This document shows positions 1-9,695 of a DNA stretch of 64,000 nt, in pieces. Position 1 is the stretch's first letter. Each line of letters begins with the position of its first letter. This stretch comes from an uncultured Planctomycetales bacterium (GTDB lineage Bacteria > Omnitrophota > Gorgyraeia > Gygaellales > Profunditerraquicolaceae). Position numbers and translations under genes: made by a program. The notes beneath the pieces were generated by a model that had not been told where the DNA came from, searched no databases, and was given only the letters and a program-made list of their open reading frames with translations. The DNA is taken from positions 55,000 to 118,999 of the forward strand of contig CAZJFL010000003.1 of the NCBI GenBank assembly GCA_964545575.1, written 5' to 3'.

Positions 1-570
1 GACGGCAATCCACATCGCAAGCTGTATAAGCAATACCAGCGGGGTCTCAAGGCCACTAGCCACAAAAATCCAGATTGAAGTGGAAAGAGAAAATAAAAAC
101 GCTGCTATTGCCGCCATGGCCTTTCCCAGACGGCTCGCCACATAGATGTAAAAAATAATAAGGGCAATGATGATACAGGCGACGTTAAAAAGACAAGAAA
201 AAATATACAAATTATTCATGCCTGCAATTAAATAGCCGGCTGCCATGCACAATAAATACAAAAAATTAGTATACCCCTCTACCCTCTCCCCCGGATTAAA
301 AACAAAACCGTTGCCCATGGCCAGATTCTGAGAATAGCGGTAACCAATGAATGCGTCCTCATTTCCCCAGGCATGCCCCGCCGAATCAGCATGAAAGTAA
401 CCAAAGAAAATATGGATAATCACGCCGGTGATTAAAATTAAAAGGCTGGCTAAAAGTGCAAGGGTATATCGCTTGCGCCGCAGAGAGAAAAATAATATAC
501 CTGTGAAAAAAAAGATAACTAAGGCGACAATCATTTTTATAAAAAAATAGCCAGTAAAAAAATGTGCCAT
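1..570 (-). CDS. Integral membrane GT-C-type glycosyltransferase (runs off the window edge, C-terminus missing)
   Basis: Manual translation MAHFFTG...EDAFIGYRYSQNLAMGNGFVFNPGERVEGYTNFLY matches the DDAFISxRY...GxxFNPGERVEGYT motif of GT39/AftA-like membrane proteins; SD AAAGGTG upstream; not in the ORF track. Confidence 0.7.
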   Translation of the reverse strand, partial: MAHFFTGYFFIKMIVALVIFFFTGILFFSLRRKRYTLALLASLLILITGVIIHIFFGYFHADSAGHAWGNEDAFIGYRYSQNLAMGNGFVFNPGERVEGYTNFLYLLCMAAGYLIAGMNNLYIFSCLFNVACIIIALIIFYIYVASRLGKAMAAIAAFLFSLSTSIWIFVASGLETPLVLLIQLAMWIAV

Positions 571-710
571 GTCACCTTTCCCGTTTTCTGATATAATCAG
601 AAATGGTCAGTTACAAAACAGCCCGCGTATTTTTACCAGTTACTCTCCGATTATGTGAAATTGAGCCCGCCTCAAGCAATAAATCATGGGATTCCTATCA
701 CGGGCTTTAT

Positions 711-1883
711 TCAGCAGCGGCTATTACTTTTAATTACGCTGACAACGGCATCAATTACATCCCGGACATCCCTGTCACTCAGCTTGGCAGAAATCGGCAA
801 AGATACCGTCCTTTTAGAAATCCATTCCGCATTCGGAAAATCTCCCCACCGGTAACCCAGTTCCTTTTGGTAATAGGGGTGTAAATGCAGGGCGATATAA
901 TGCACGCCTGTGCCAATATTGCGCTTTGCCATGGCGTCTAAGAAACCATCCCGGCTGATTTTAAGCCTGTTGATATCAAGCAGCAGGGTGTAGAGATGGT
1001 ACGCATGCCTTATGCCTTTCTCGACAGGGGCCGGTATGAATACAGGCAGGCCCCCGAATGCTTCATTATATTTATTCCAGATCTCCTCTCTCCTCTTCCA
1101 GTATTTATTTATCCGGGGCAATTGATGGATGCCGATAGCAGCCTGCATATCCGTCATATTATATTTGTATCCGGGATATACAACTTTATAGTGCTTATAT
1201 CCTTTGTCCGAGAATCTCTTCCAGGCATCCTTGGTCATGCCCTGCAGCGCCAGTATCTTTATTTTCTCATCGTATCGCGGATTATCCGTAATCACCATTC
1301 CCCCTTCTGCGGTGGTGATATTTTTGGTAACATAAAAACTGAAACAGCCGAGCTCTCCGAAAGTCCCGGCCTTCCTGCCGTGATATTCCGCCTCAATCGC
1401 GTGCGCGCAATCCTCCACTACTTTAAGGGAAGATTTTCTGGCAAGCTTCATAATCTCATCCATATTAGAGGGGCGGCCGGCAAAATGCACCGGGATTATC
1501 GCTTTTGTCCTGCGGGTAATTTTTCTTTTTATGTCTTCGGGTTCGATGTTAAGCGTATCTCTCTGGCAATCAACAAAAACAGGCCTTGCCCCTGCCTGTA
1601 TAACGGCATTGGCAGTGCTGGCAAATGTCATCGCAGGCAAAATCACCTCATCCCCGCGTTTTGCCCCGATGACCAACATAGAAAGATGCAGCGCAGCAGT
1701 GCAAGAGCTTAAAGCTGCGGCGAATCTGCTGCCTTTGTATTTCTTAAACATCTCCTCGAATTTCTGGACTCTGGGGCCGGTGCCTACCCAGCCGGAGTCT
1801 AGCGTAGCCAGGACTTCGTCGATTTCCGGGCGCTCAATCAGGGGAGAGCCGAAAATTAAAAAATCTTTTCTCTTTTTTGACAT
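711..1883 (-). CDS. DegT/DnrJ/EryC1/StrS PLP-dependent nucleotide-sugar aminotransferase
   Basis: SCTAALHL, EDCAHA and SFYVTKNITTAEGG (PLP lysine) motifs. Confidence 0.93.
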   Translation of the reverse strand: MSKKRKDFLIFGSPLIERPEIDEVLATLDSGWVGTGPRVQKFEEMFKKYKGSRFAAALSSCTAALHLSMLVIGAKRGDEVILPAMTFASTANAVIQAGARPVFVDCQRDTLNIEPEDIKRKITRRTKAIIPVHFAGRPSNMDEIMKLARKSSLKVVEDCAHAIEAEYHGRKAGTFGELGCFSFYVTKNITTAEGGMVITDNPRYDEKIKILALQGMTKDAWKRFSDKGYKHYKVVYPGYKYNMTDMQAAIGIHQLPRINKYWKRREEIWNKYNEAFGGLPVFIPAPVEKGIRHAYHLYTLLLDINRLKISRDGFLDAMAKRNIGTGVHYIALHLHPYYQKELGYRWGDFPNAEWISKRTVSLPISAKLSDRDVRDVIDAVVSVIKSNSRC

Positions 1884-1887
1884 CTCT

Positions 1888-3279
1888 TTAACCCACCGTA
1901 GCTACCGCTACTTCTGCGCTAGCCTCCTGCTCACCCAACAACCGCGGCAATGACAAAACTATGGCTGCCATAAACCAGAATGGCTCCATAACGATAATTA
2001 TAATGAAAGTATTTGTGCTGATTGCCTGCATCAGGAGCCCGACAAAACCAGCCATAAACCCTACGGCAAGCCCCTTGCTAAAGTTATCTTCTCTGGCTAA
2101 AATCTCGCCCAATGCTTCTTTGGCTACTTTAAAAAACCTGAAGAGCGCCCGCAGGAACAAAAATAATCCCAGAAGCCCCGATTCACAAAGCACTAAAAAC
2201 AGCTGGCTGTCAATAAAATATTTGCCGACGCCGTGGCCGATAATAGGGCTTGCCGGGAATCTTTCAAATAATACTATCTTCCAGCTCTCCAGGCGCGCCT
2301 GGGGAGAATCTTCCCATTTCAGAGTAGGCCCCTCTACAGATTGTTGCACCGTAAGCGTCTCCGTTATCCTGTCCCTGACCATAGTAGGCATAAACACTAC
2401 TGCCAAAAGCAAAACAGCGATTACCAGATATATAAGATTAAATCTTTTGGAAAAGAAAACAAAACTGACGAGCATGGGTATAAAAGCCAGGTAAGAACCT
2501 CTGGATAGAGTGTAGAGGAACCCTCTGAACATTAACAATAACAGAATAGCTAATAATGCCCTGATATAGAGCGGGCGCGCATACACTAAAAGGCCTGCGA
2601 CAATAGCAATCATAAAAAGCAGATACCCTCCCAGGGTCCCTGGCTCATCGCCTCCCACTTTCGTGACCGGCGGAGCTGCCCTGAAATACTGCACCCCAGC
2701 CAGCTGCTGCTGCTCAATATACTGGTGGGCATGAATTGAAACAAAGAGCGCAGTCAGCAGGAATATCAATATGAATATCTTGGCCTGCCCGAGGCTTCTC
2801 ATGTTTTCCCTGACTATTAAAAATAAAAGAAAATATTCCAGATATTTGAGTATCGTAAAAAAGCTCTGCTTGAGGTCTATGTCAGCTGATAGTGCTGCTA
2901 TCGACGTAGCGAGCGCGCAGAAAGCATAATACATGAAAAAACAGGCAGTGAGCTTAGTCTTAAATACTGCCGTAACATCTTTTGTCATGGCTGTCCTGAT
3001 AAAAGAAGCCAAAATAACCACTAATAAGAAAATATCCTCTATGCGTACGGTTACCCCTCTGACAGAAGTGCTGCCCATTGTTATTTCCGGAGAAAAAAGC
3101 ATGGAGACTATAATTATCACCAGGCCTATGTCCGGGTTGATCAGGGTCGGTATAAAAACCAGAAGAAAAATCAGGAAGCCGGTAGTCTGCGGGTTAAACT
3201 GCGCCTTTGCCAAAAAAAAAGTTATGCTCAGGCCCATGAGTAAAATACCGAAATAGACTAAAAGCTTATTTTTATCCAT
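1888..3279 (-). CDS. O-antigen ligase / Wzy polymerase family membrane protein
   Basis: Many TM segments, TLSRGSY and SPIIGHG motifs, located in a Wza/Wzc locus. Confidence 0.8.
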   Translation of the reverse strand: MDKNKLLVYFGILLMGLSITFFLAKAQFNPQTTGFLIFLLVFIPTLINPDIGLVIIIVSMLFSPEITMGSTSVRGVTVRIEDIFLLVVILASFIRTAMTKDVTAVFKTKLTACFFMYYAFCALATSIAALSADIDLKQSFFTILKYLEYFLLFLIVRENMRSLGQAKIFILIFLLTALFVSIHAHQYIEQQQLAGVQYFRAAPPVTKVGGDEPGTLGGYLLFMIAIVAGLLVYARPLYIRALLAILLLLMFRGFLYTLSRGSYLAFIPMLVSFVFFSKRFNLIYLVIAVLLLAVVFMPTMVRDRITETLTVQQSVEGPTLKWEDSPQARLESWKIVLFERFPASPIIGHGVGKYFIDSQLFLVLCESGLLGLFLFLRALFRFFKVAKEALGEILAREDNFSKGLAVGFMAGFVGLLMQAISTNTFIIIIVMEPFWFMAAIVLSLPRLLGEQEASAEVAVATVG

Positions 3280-3323
3280 TCTTAAAAACCCGCGCCTTTA
3301 GAGCTTATCTATGTATAGCGAGA

Positions 3324-4457
3324 TTAAACCGAATCCTGGATAGACGGAAAATCCTGATTAGATAGATCTATGATAATGTTTTCTTTAGGCGGCTCGTTAC
3401 TGGCATCCCTGATAATCATCACTACCGGCCGTAAGGGAGAACCCGGCTCGACACTAATAACCTTGGCTAACTCTTGCGTATCTAGCCTGACAATGCTGCC
3501 TATCGGATAGACGGACATCTTATTGATGAATACCTTCAGCACGTCCGGGTCAAAATAATCTTTGGCGCCAGCCAGAAGGAACCGGATAGCCTTATGCGCG
3601 CTCATCCCCTGGCGGTACGGCCGGCTGTTGGTAAGCGCCTCGTAGGTATCTGCCAGCCCGATTATCTTGGCATAGGGATTTATATTTTCTGATTTTATGC
3701 CCCGGGGATAACCTTTACCAGAGAAGCGCTCATGGTGCATGCGTATAGTCTCTTTTACGAGGTCGTTGATGGCAGGGATCCTATCAACTACTTTTAAACT
3801 TTTGGAAATATGCGTCTTTATTAAAACGAGCTCTTCTTCGGTAAGTTGGCGGGGCTGGCCTGCGATTTCCCGCAAGGGATCCATTCCTATGTCGTAAAAT
3901 ATAGCCGCCAGCCCTAAATGGTTGAGACGAGATTTATTAAACCCCATATTTAAGCCTATGACAGAAGATAAGACCATAACGTTAGTGATGTGATAAGGCA
4001 GGTAATATTCGCCCCTCTCTCTGACATATATGTTATCCAATATACTATCCCCCAAGACCAACTGATTAAAGATGTCGTCTAAAAGGACTTCAATCTTGTC
4101 TATGTAGGGGAGCAGGTCTCCCTTGAGCCTCACTTTTTCCAGAAGGATATTTACTATCCCCACGGCGTCTTCGTAGATCTCCTGCGTCCTATCCTTATTA
4201 TCCACGCCGTATTTTCTCACTGCCGAAATAAGCTTCTTCGATAATAAGGCGCAATCTTCTTTTTTTGCGGTTTGTTTCTTATCGATTGCGATAATATTTT
4301 TAGGGAAACTTAGGGGTTGTTCGGCGGGCGCCTGCTGCGCGTTATCTGTGGGCGCAGTATTTTCTGGAACCGCCTCTTTTTTACCTTCATCATCTTTAGG
4401 CTGGCCTGCTTCGTCCTGCGGCACTTTATTTCTGAGGATATCAAACATCCTTGGCAT
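3324..4457 (-). CDS. HD-GYP domain protein with degenerate HD dyad (YD)
   Basis: HHERFSGKGYPRG and RPYR present; AAIFYDIG in place of the consensus LHDIG. Confidence 0.85.
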   Translation of the reverse strand: MPRMFDILRNKVPQDEAGQPKDDEGKKEAVPENTAPTDNAQQAPAEQPLSFPKNIIAIDKKQTAKKEDCALLSKKLISAVRKYGVDNKDRTQEIYEDAVGIVNILLEKVRLKGDLLPYIDKIEVLLDDIFNQLVLGDSILDNIYVRERGEYYLPYHITNVMVLSSVIGLNMGFNKSRLNHLGLAAIFYDIGMDPLREIAGQPRQLTEEELVLIKTHISKSLKVVDRIPAINDLVKETIRMHHERFSGKGYPRGIKSENINPYAKIIGLADTYEALTNSRPYRQGMSAHKAIRFLLAGAKDYFDPDVLKVFINKMSVYPIGSIVRLDTQELAKVISVEPGSPLRPVVMIIRDASNEPPKENIIIDLSNQDFPSIQDSV

Positions 4458-5271
4458 GGACAGGAACCTCCTTGTTGAAATCTGAAGCGATTCTTTCGAT
4501 CAATCCCCCGTCAACCTCCTTTACCTCCTGGCCAAAACCGATCAAAAGGCTCATATCGCAAATATTATTTATCTTCCTCGGCAGGCCCTGGGCGTGGTCA
4601 TAAATGGCCTGCATAGCCTCTGCGGTAAATATCTCGCTCTTAGCACCTGCTACGCTAAGGCGGTGTTTGATATACTCCTCAGTCTCTTTTCTATCAAGGG
4701 CTGCCAAATGATATTTTATGCCTAACCTCTGCTCTAACTGCGGTATTGCCTTGACCTTGCCCAATAGTTCAGGTTGGCCTATCAATACCAGCGTAATCAG
4801 AAATTTATTATTCAGCTGAAAGTTAAGTATCAGCCTCAGCTCTTCAAAGGTTTCCTTGTTCTTGATAATCTGCGCCTCATCAATTAAAATCACGGTCTTT
4901 TTCTGGTCATTGTGATTTTTATAAATGATATCCTGCAGCATATGCAGCAGTTGCGGCTTTGAGCCTTGGATATGTTCGTTTTTCAACTGATAGATTATCT
5001 CCTGTATAAACTGGATAGGGGTAAGCTGCGGGTGGACGATAAGCGCGACCTCATAGATCTTGTTTTTTATAAGTTCCTCTATGATAATCCTGCTTAATAC
5101 GGTTTTACCCGAACCGTATTCTCCGGAGAGCATCGCAGCCCCCTTCTCCTCTTTTATGGCATAGAGCATCCTGGTAAGGGCTTCTTCATGCTTCTTGGAA
5201 TAATACATAAAACGCGGGTCAGGCGTGTTTTCAAAGGGTTTCTCGGCCAGGCCCCAGTATTTTTCATACAT
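4441..5271 (-). CDS. ExeA/GspA-like AAA ATPase (type associated with EPS/PEP-CTERM loci)
   Basis: MYEKYWGL..PF..TPDP N-terminus, GEYGSGKT Walker A, LIDEAQ, LIGQPEL, GLPRKIN. Confidence 0.88.
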   Translation of the reverse strand: MYEKYWGLAEKPFENTPDPRFMYYSKKHEEALTRMLYAIKEEKGAAMLSGEYGSGKTVLSRIIIEELIKNKIYEVALIVHPQLTPIQFIQEIIYQLKNEHIQGSKPQLLHMLQDIIYKNHNDQKKTVILIDEAQIIKNKETFEELRLILNFQLNNKFLITLVLIGQPELLGKVKAIPQLEQRLGIKYHLAALDRKETEEYIKHRLSVAGAKSEIFTAEAMQAIYDHAQGLPRKINNICDMSLLIGFGQEVKEVDGGLIERIASDFNKEVPVHAKDV

Positions 5272-7219
5272 TTTTTCCGCCCTCCTCTGTCTTTTTTTCC
5301 GAAGGATCCTTGCCGTAATACTTTTTGCTGTAATAATAGTAATAGGCGCTCATGCCAATCTCGGGGGTAACGTTATTTAAGATGATGCCGGCAAGCGATT
5401 TTTTGCCCCTGACGCTCTCTATCTGTATCTTTGACCTGCGCAGCGCCAAACGTGAGGTAGAACCTGCCCGGTAGACTAACAAGACGCCGTCTACTTTAGG
5501 CAATAGAATAGAAGGTTCGCTTACTGCCAATACAGGAGAGGTGTCCATGAGCACCACATCGTATCTGTTTCTAAAATACTGCAGAGTCTCATCGAGTTTA
5601 GAGGAATTAAACAGGGCTATGGTATTGGGGAAAGTTGAGCCTGCAGTGACTACATTGAGATTATTCAACCAGGGTTTCTCGATTATCCTATCGATAGAGG
5701 TAGAGCCCAACATTATATCTGTAGCGGTTTTTATGCTGGCCTCGATGCTTATTTTGCCCGTCAGAATATCGGTCAGGCCATTCTCCTTCTCTTTCAGGCC
5801 GAAGCTCTTGTGTATATGGGCCCTGCGGGTATCGGCATCGACCACCAGGACCTTATAACCCATCTGCGCCATAATCACACCGAGGCTGGAGACAATGACG
5901 GTTTTGCCCTCCTCCGGCTTGGAGCTGGTGATAAGAATTATATTATTCTTTATCTTTCCGTTTTTACCAAAAATCACCTGCAGGTTTACGCCTAAAAGGC
6001 GAAAGGCTTCAAGAAACAAAGAGGTACGGTCGGACTTTTCCAGATCAAGGATATACGTAGGCCTTAAGTCTAGAGCCATGTTTTCTTTTTTGAAAAGAGT
6101 CCAGTGCTTCTTTTTGCCACTCCTCTTCTCCTCCTCCTCATAATACTCTGTGCAGTAAGGAATAATTCCCACCACGCCTACTTTTACGAAAGTTTCAATA
6201 TCATCCACCCTGCCGATGGAAGTATCCAAATTCTCGGATACCAATGCCGTAGCAACGCCCAGAACTAAACCCAAGACTAGCCCTATTAAGTAATTCTTTT
6301 TCTTATCGGGCAAATACGGGGTTTTAGGCATTATAGCCGGGTTGATGATGACAATATTATCCAGTTTCTCCGCTTCTCTGATCTGGGCGGTCTGGAGCTG
6401 TTGTTTTAAGGCATTGTACAGGGTCTCGTTAATCTTGGTATCCCGCTGCAGGATACCATATTCGAATTCCTCTTTGGGCAATGAGTTAAGTTTCTGCTTT
6501 AATATGGATCTTTCCTCTTCCATGTTGACTAAAAGAGGGTATTTGGGCGTAAATCTGGTTGAGAAATCCGTTATCTTGTCATCCAAATCCCGAATCTGCT
6601 GCATAATGCTCGCTGCTACACCTACCGCACCCTGGGTGGTAAGAACACGCAGCCTCTCTTCCTGTTCCTTTAATTTTTCCGAAACATTGGCTAGCGTAGT
6701 CTCGATAAAAATCCTTACATTACGCGTGCGCTCATTCTTCTGCTCCATGTTTATCTCTTTAAATGCCTGGGCCACGCCGTTGGCGAAATCCGTTGCTTTG
6801 GCGGCGTCAGTAAAATAAGTGTAAAGCCGTATCATGCTGCTTTTTTCTATTTCGACCGCCGAAACCTTGCTGGCCAAATCACTGACTATCCGCTCCGCCT
6901 CTCTTTTGGCAACGCCATCTTTTACCCATCCTAATTCTCTGGCGGCTCTTTCTATGACCGGGCCGGTAACCACCTGTCTTATGTAATCGGAAAGCTCATA
7001 AGGCTGCATGTACGAAGAGCGGCTCGGAAATATCACATCGGAAGGGAGCGAGGTAGACTCTATCTTTAAAAGGACCGTTGCCCGATAAATTGGCACCTGA
7101 AAGTAAGTATAAAAAAAAGCACTGAAAAAAACTACCAGGAAGGCAAGAAGGATTTCCCATTTTCTCTTTAAGAATATTGTCGAGTAATCCCTCAGGTTTA
7201 GTTCGTAAAATTTCTCCAT
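5264..7219 (-). CDS. wzc: Wzc/GumC polysaccharide co-polymerase with BY tyrosine kinase
   Basis: Two TM helices flanking a coiled-coil region, SSKPEEGKT, VDAD, MDTSP and a C-terminal YYYYYSKKYY cluster. Confidence 0.9.
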   Translation of the reverse strand: MEKFYELNLRDYSTIFLKRKWEILLAFLVVFFSAFFYTYFQVPIYRATVLLKIESTSLPSDVIFPSRSSYMQPYELSDYIRQVVTGPVIERAARELGWVKDGVAKREAERIVSDLASKVSAVEIEKSSMIRLYTYFTDAAKATDFANGVAQAFKEINMEQKNERTRNVRIFIETTLANVSEKLKEQEERLRVLTTQGAVGVAASIMQQIRDLDDKITDFSTRFTPKYPLLVNMEEERSILKQKLNSLPKEEFEYGILQRDTKINETLYNALKQQLQTAQIREAEKLDNIVIINPAIMPKTPYLPDKKKNYLIGLVLGLVLGVATALVSENLDTSIGRVDDIETFVKVGVVGIIPYCTEYYEEEEKRSGKKKHWTLFKKENMALDLRPTYILDLEKSDRTSLFLEAFRLLGVNLQVIFGKNGKIKNNIILITSSKPEEGKTVIVSSLGVIMAQMGYKVLVVDADTRRAHIHKSFGLKEKENGLTDILTGKISIEASIKTATDIMLGSTSIDRIIEKPWLNNLNVVTAGSTFPNTIALFNSSKLDETLQYFRNRYDVVLMDTSPVLAVSEPSILLPKVDGVLLVYRAGSTSRLALRRSKIQIESVRGKKSLAGIILNNVTPEIGMSAYYYYYSKKYYGKDPSEKKTEEGGKNV

Positions 7220-7238
7220 AGTAATATCAAACCTTTAC

Positions 7239-8009
7239 CTATTGCCAACCTTTGTCAACATGCCCGCCAATTTCTCTGACTGCCCTTCTCAGATCAATCG
7301 CTGTCATCGCAGCATTGATAGTAGGCATCATGTTGTCTAAGAACTGGTTAAAATCAGCGATAAAGGCCTTAGGCACGAATATCAGATCATTTGGCTGCAA
7401 TATAATATCTTGCCTAGTCGTGCCTTTTGTAAGCACCTGCAGCATATTTATCCTGGTGACCTGCGGCTTATCGGTTAAGTTCCCGCGCACCAGCAGAACG
7501 CAATCCCTGCGGGACTTAACGGTGAAGTCCCCGGCTAATGCTATTGCATCGATTAAAGTCGCCCTGCCCTTGTAAGAGTATATTCCGGCGTAGCCCACTT
7601 CGCCTAAGACAATTACCTGATTGCCGGCAAACTTTGTCATCATCACCGAAACCTGCGGGTTCTTCACGTACTCGGAGATCTTTTCCCTAAATGTATCCTC
7701 GAGCTGGCCTACGCTTAAACCGGCAACTTTAATCCTGCCCACCAGAGGATAAGATATAAAACCGTCGGGCCCTACCACGATATGCTTGCTAAGGTCGGGG
7801 TTCTGCCAGATAAAAATTTCCATGGTATCTTCCGGCGCAATAAAATATTCAACCATGGGAAACTCTCCGGGCGTAGCTTCTTTTTCCGATGCCAGCGTAC
7901 CGCTCCTTACCCTTAAAAATTCCTGCCCCTGGGCAAAAGATTCTTGAACTCCGTAATATATTAGGAATAAAGAAAATATAACCCAAAGGATAAAAAAATT
8001 CTTTTTCAT
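7239..8009 (-). CDS. wza: Wza-type polysaccharide export protein (Poly_export + SLBB domains)
   Basis: Signal peptide, VGPDGFISYPLVG, VLGEV, LQPNDLIFVP. Confidence 0.88.
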   Translation of the reverse strand: MKKNFFILWVIFSLFLIYYGVQESFAQGQEFLRVRSGTLASEKEATPGEFPMVEYFIAPEDTMEIFIWQNPDLSKHIVVGPDGFISYPLVGRIKVAGLSVGQLEDTFREKISEYVKNPQVSVMMTKFAGNQVIVLGEVGYAGIYSYKGRATLIDAIALAGDFTVKSRRDCVLLVRGNLTDKPQVTRINMLQVLTKGTTRQDIILQPNDLIFVPKAFIADFNQFLDNMMPTINAAMTAIDLRRAVREIGGHVDKGWQ

Positions 8010-8048
8010 AAAAATATAGGGCTCCTTTGCACTAAACTCCTATTCTAT

Positions 8049-8076
8049 ATTTTATCTTATACCGGTAAAAAATCAA
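8049..8076 (-). promoter_or_regulatory. Possible sigma70 promoter for the wza-wzc operon
   Basis: TTGATT-16 nt-TAAAAT upstream of wza. Confidence 0.4.
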
Positions 8077-8083
8077 TCCTTTT

Positions 8084-9691
8084 TTAAGCGGGTTTTGGCA
8101 ATACTAATTTTGCTATCCCTTTAAAAATTCTCAAGATATAACTTCTCTGCCCCATTGCCTGCCGCGGGGGAAAAACCACCTTTTTTAAAATAATCAGGTA
8201 ATCCTTTAAGCAACGCGCCTCTGTTATTTCAAAAAAAATGTAGGCTAAAAACTTATCCAGGAAAGCCCTGCGCAGCCCTTCCTTCAAGATAACATTTTTA
8301 TTGGCAAAAGCCCGGATAAAAATGCGCTTAGGCGAAGAGAGGCCTAACCAAGCCAATAGTTCTCCAGGAAACCGGGGAACAAAAAAATCCTGATTCAGCC
8401 TGAGCGCTGCATATAGCGAGCCGCTCAGCCGCCATTTTTTTGCTTTATCCGCTAAACGCTGCCAGTTAATTTCCGGGGCATATTTTTGGAGCAATCGGTT
8501 GATATCAGCTACGGCTCTTAAGGTCCGGAAGGAATTGCTGTTGACCAGATGCGCCGAAAGGTAAAGCAGGAGCTCTTCCGGCTTAAAATCGTAATAACTT
8601 GCCCCCTCCCGCTCCACCGGCTCTGTGCCCTCCCATAATCCCTCGATGCGCTCGCGGCTGCGCACCATCATTGTTATATCCCAGTGTAGATCCACTTTTT
8701 TTTCTTTGGATTTAGAAAACTCATACTGCCATTGCCACTTTTCCACAAGTTCGGCCCTGGAGAACCGATAGCCAACCCCCTCTAATGCATTTTTTGTAAT
8801 TTCTCTATCCTCTTCTTTTATCAAAAAATCAAAATCGCAGCTTATGCCCCTTCCTGCAATATTTCCATAAAGCCTCTTAGCCAAAATTGTTCCCTTTAAG
8901 GGTAAAACCAGAATACCCTTTTTTGTAAACACCCCTAGAAGTTCCTCCAGCTGCTTATGCTGGTAATTGACTTCTGAGATTATGAAAAGGTAACTGAATT
9001 TTAATCTATCAAAGACAAATTGCGGGATATCTCGGCGGGGGGCAATTTCTCTTAAGGCATCATACACCAAAATAGTAACTCCTTTTTTCATCGCCAATTC
9101 TAAAAATCTCTGCCAGTAAAGGCCTTCCTTTATTAAACTTGCGGCTTCCTTTTTTAATTTTTCATCTAAATTTTTCTGGCAACAGATTAAGAGAAGCTCT
9201 TCGGTGTTGTAGAGCAAGGGGTTTGCCTTTTTTAATCTATTTTTTAGCTTAAATAGAAACAGCCTCCATTCGATGGCTAAACTTATGTACTTTGATAAAA
9301 AGCTAAGCGCCTTTGGATACCTCAATGAGAGTTGCGCAATAAACCTGTTAAAACGCCTCCATAAAGGCAGATTTAAATCAAAGCTGATTTTTCCCCTCCG
9401 GATTTCGGTTACTCTGCCGACAATTGATTCCGAATTTACTGGATTTTCCAGTCCCCCTTTATGGGCATCTCCTTTTGTAAAATAGGCTGTTTTTCCATCC
9501 TGCTCAATAATCTTTACCACCCGATGGGTGAGAAAAAGCTTTTCTTTATTTATCGGCACAACTTTTATGCAGTCGCCATTTTTTATAAAAGGGCACATGC
9601 TTAAACCTTTGGCGTTGAAATATAGAGGCTTGGCCTCCTGCGTTAAGCTTGAGCCTAAAGCCTTTGCTTTTTGTTCTTCTTTTACGATCAT
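8084..9691 (-). CDS. Fusion of an S24/S26 signal-peptidase-like domain and a nucleotidyltransferase (NTP_transf_5-like) domain
   Basis: GLSMCPFIKNGD, THRVV, TKGD (peptidase); LPLKG, CDFDFLI, VDLHW (NTase). Start moved to ATG 9691, just after the ABC gene stop. Confidence 0.78.
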   Translation of the reverse strand: MIVKEEQKAKALGSSLTQEAKPLYFNAKGLSMCPFIKNGDCIKVVPINKEKLFLTHRVVKIIEQDGKTAYFTKGDAHKGGLENPVNSESIVGRVTEIRRGKISFDLNLPLWRRFNRFIAQLSLRYPKALSFLSKYISLAIEWRLFLFKLKNRLKKANPLLYNTEELLLICCQKNLDEKLKKEAASLIKEGLYWQRFLELAMKKGVTILVYDALREIAPRRDIPQFVFDRLKFSYLFIISEVNYQHKQLEELLGVFTKKGILVLPLKGTILAKRLYGNIAGRGISCDFDFLIKEEDREITKNALEGVGYRFSRAELVEKWQWQYEFSKSKEKKVDLHWDITMMVRSRERIEGLWEGTEPVEREGASYYDFKPEELLLYLSAHLVNSNSFRTLRAVADINRLLQKYAPEINWQRLADKAKKWRLSGSLYAALRLNQDFFVPRFPGELLAWLGLSSPKRIFIRAFANKNVILKEGLRRAFLDKFLAYIFFEITEARCLKDYLIILKKVVFPPRQAMGQRSYILRIFKGIAKLVLPKPA

Positions 9692-9695
9692 TTTT

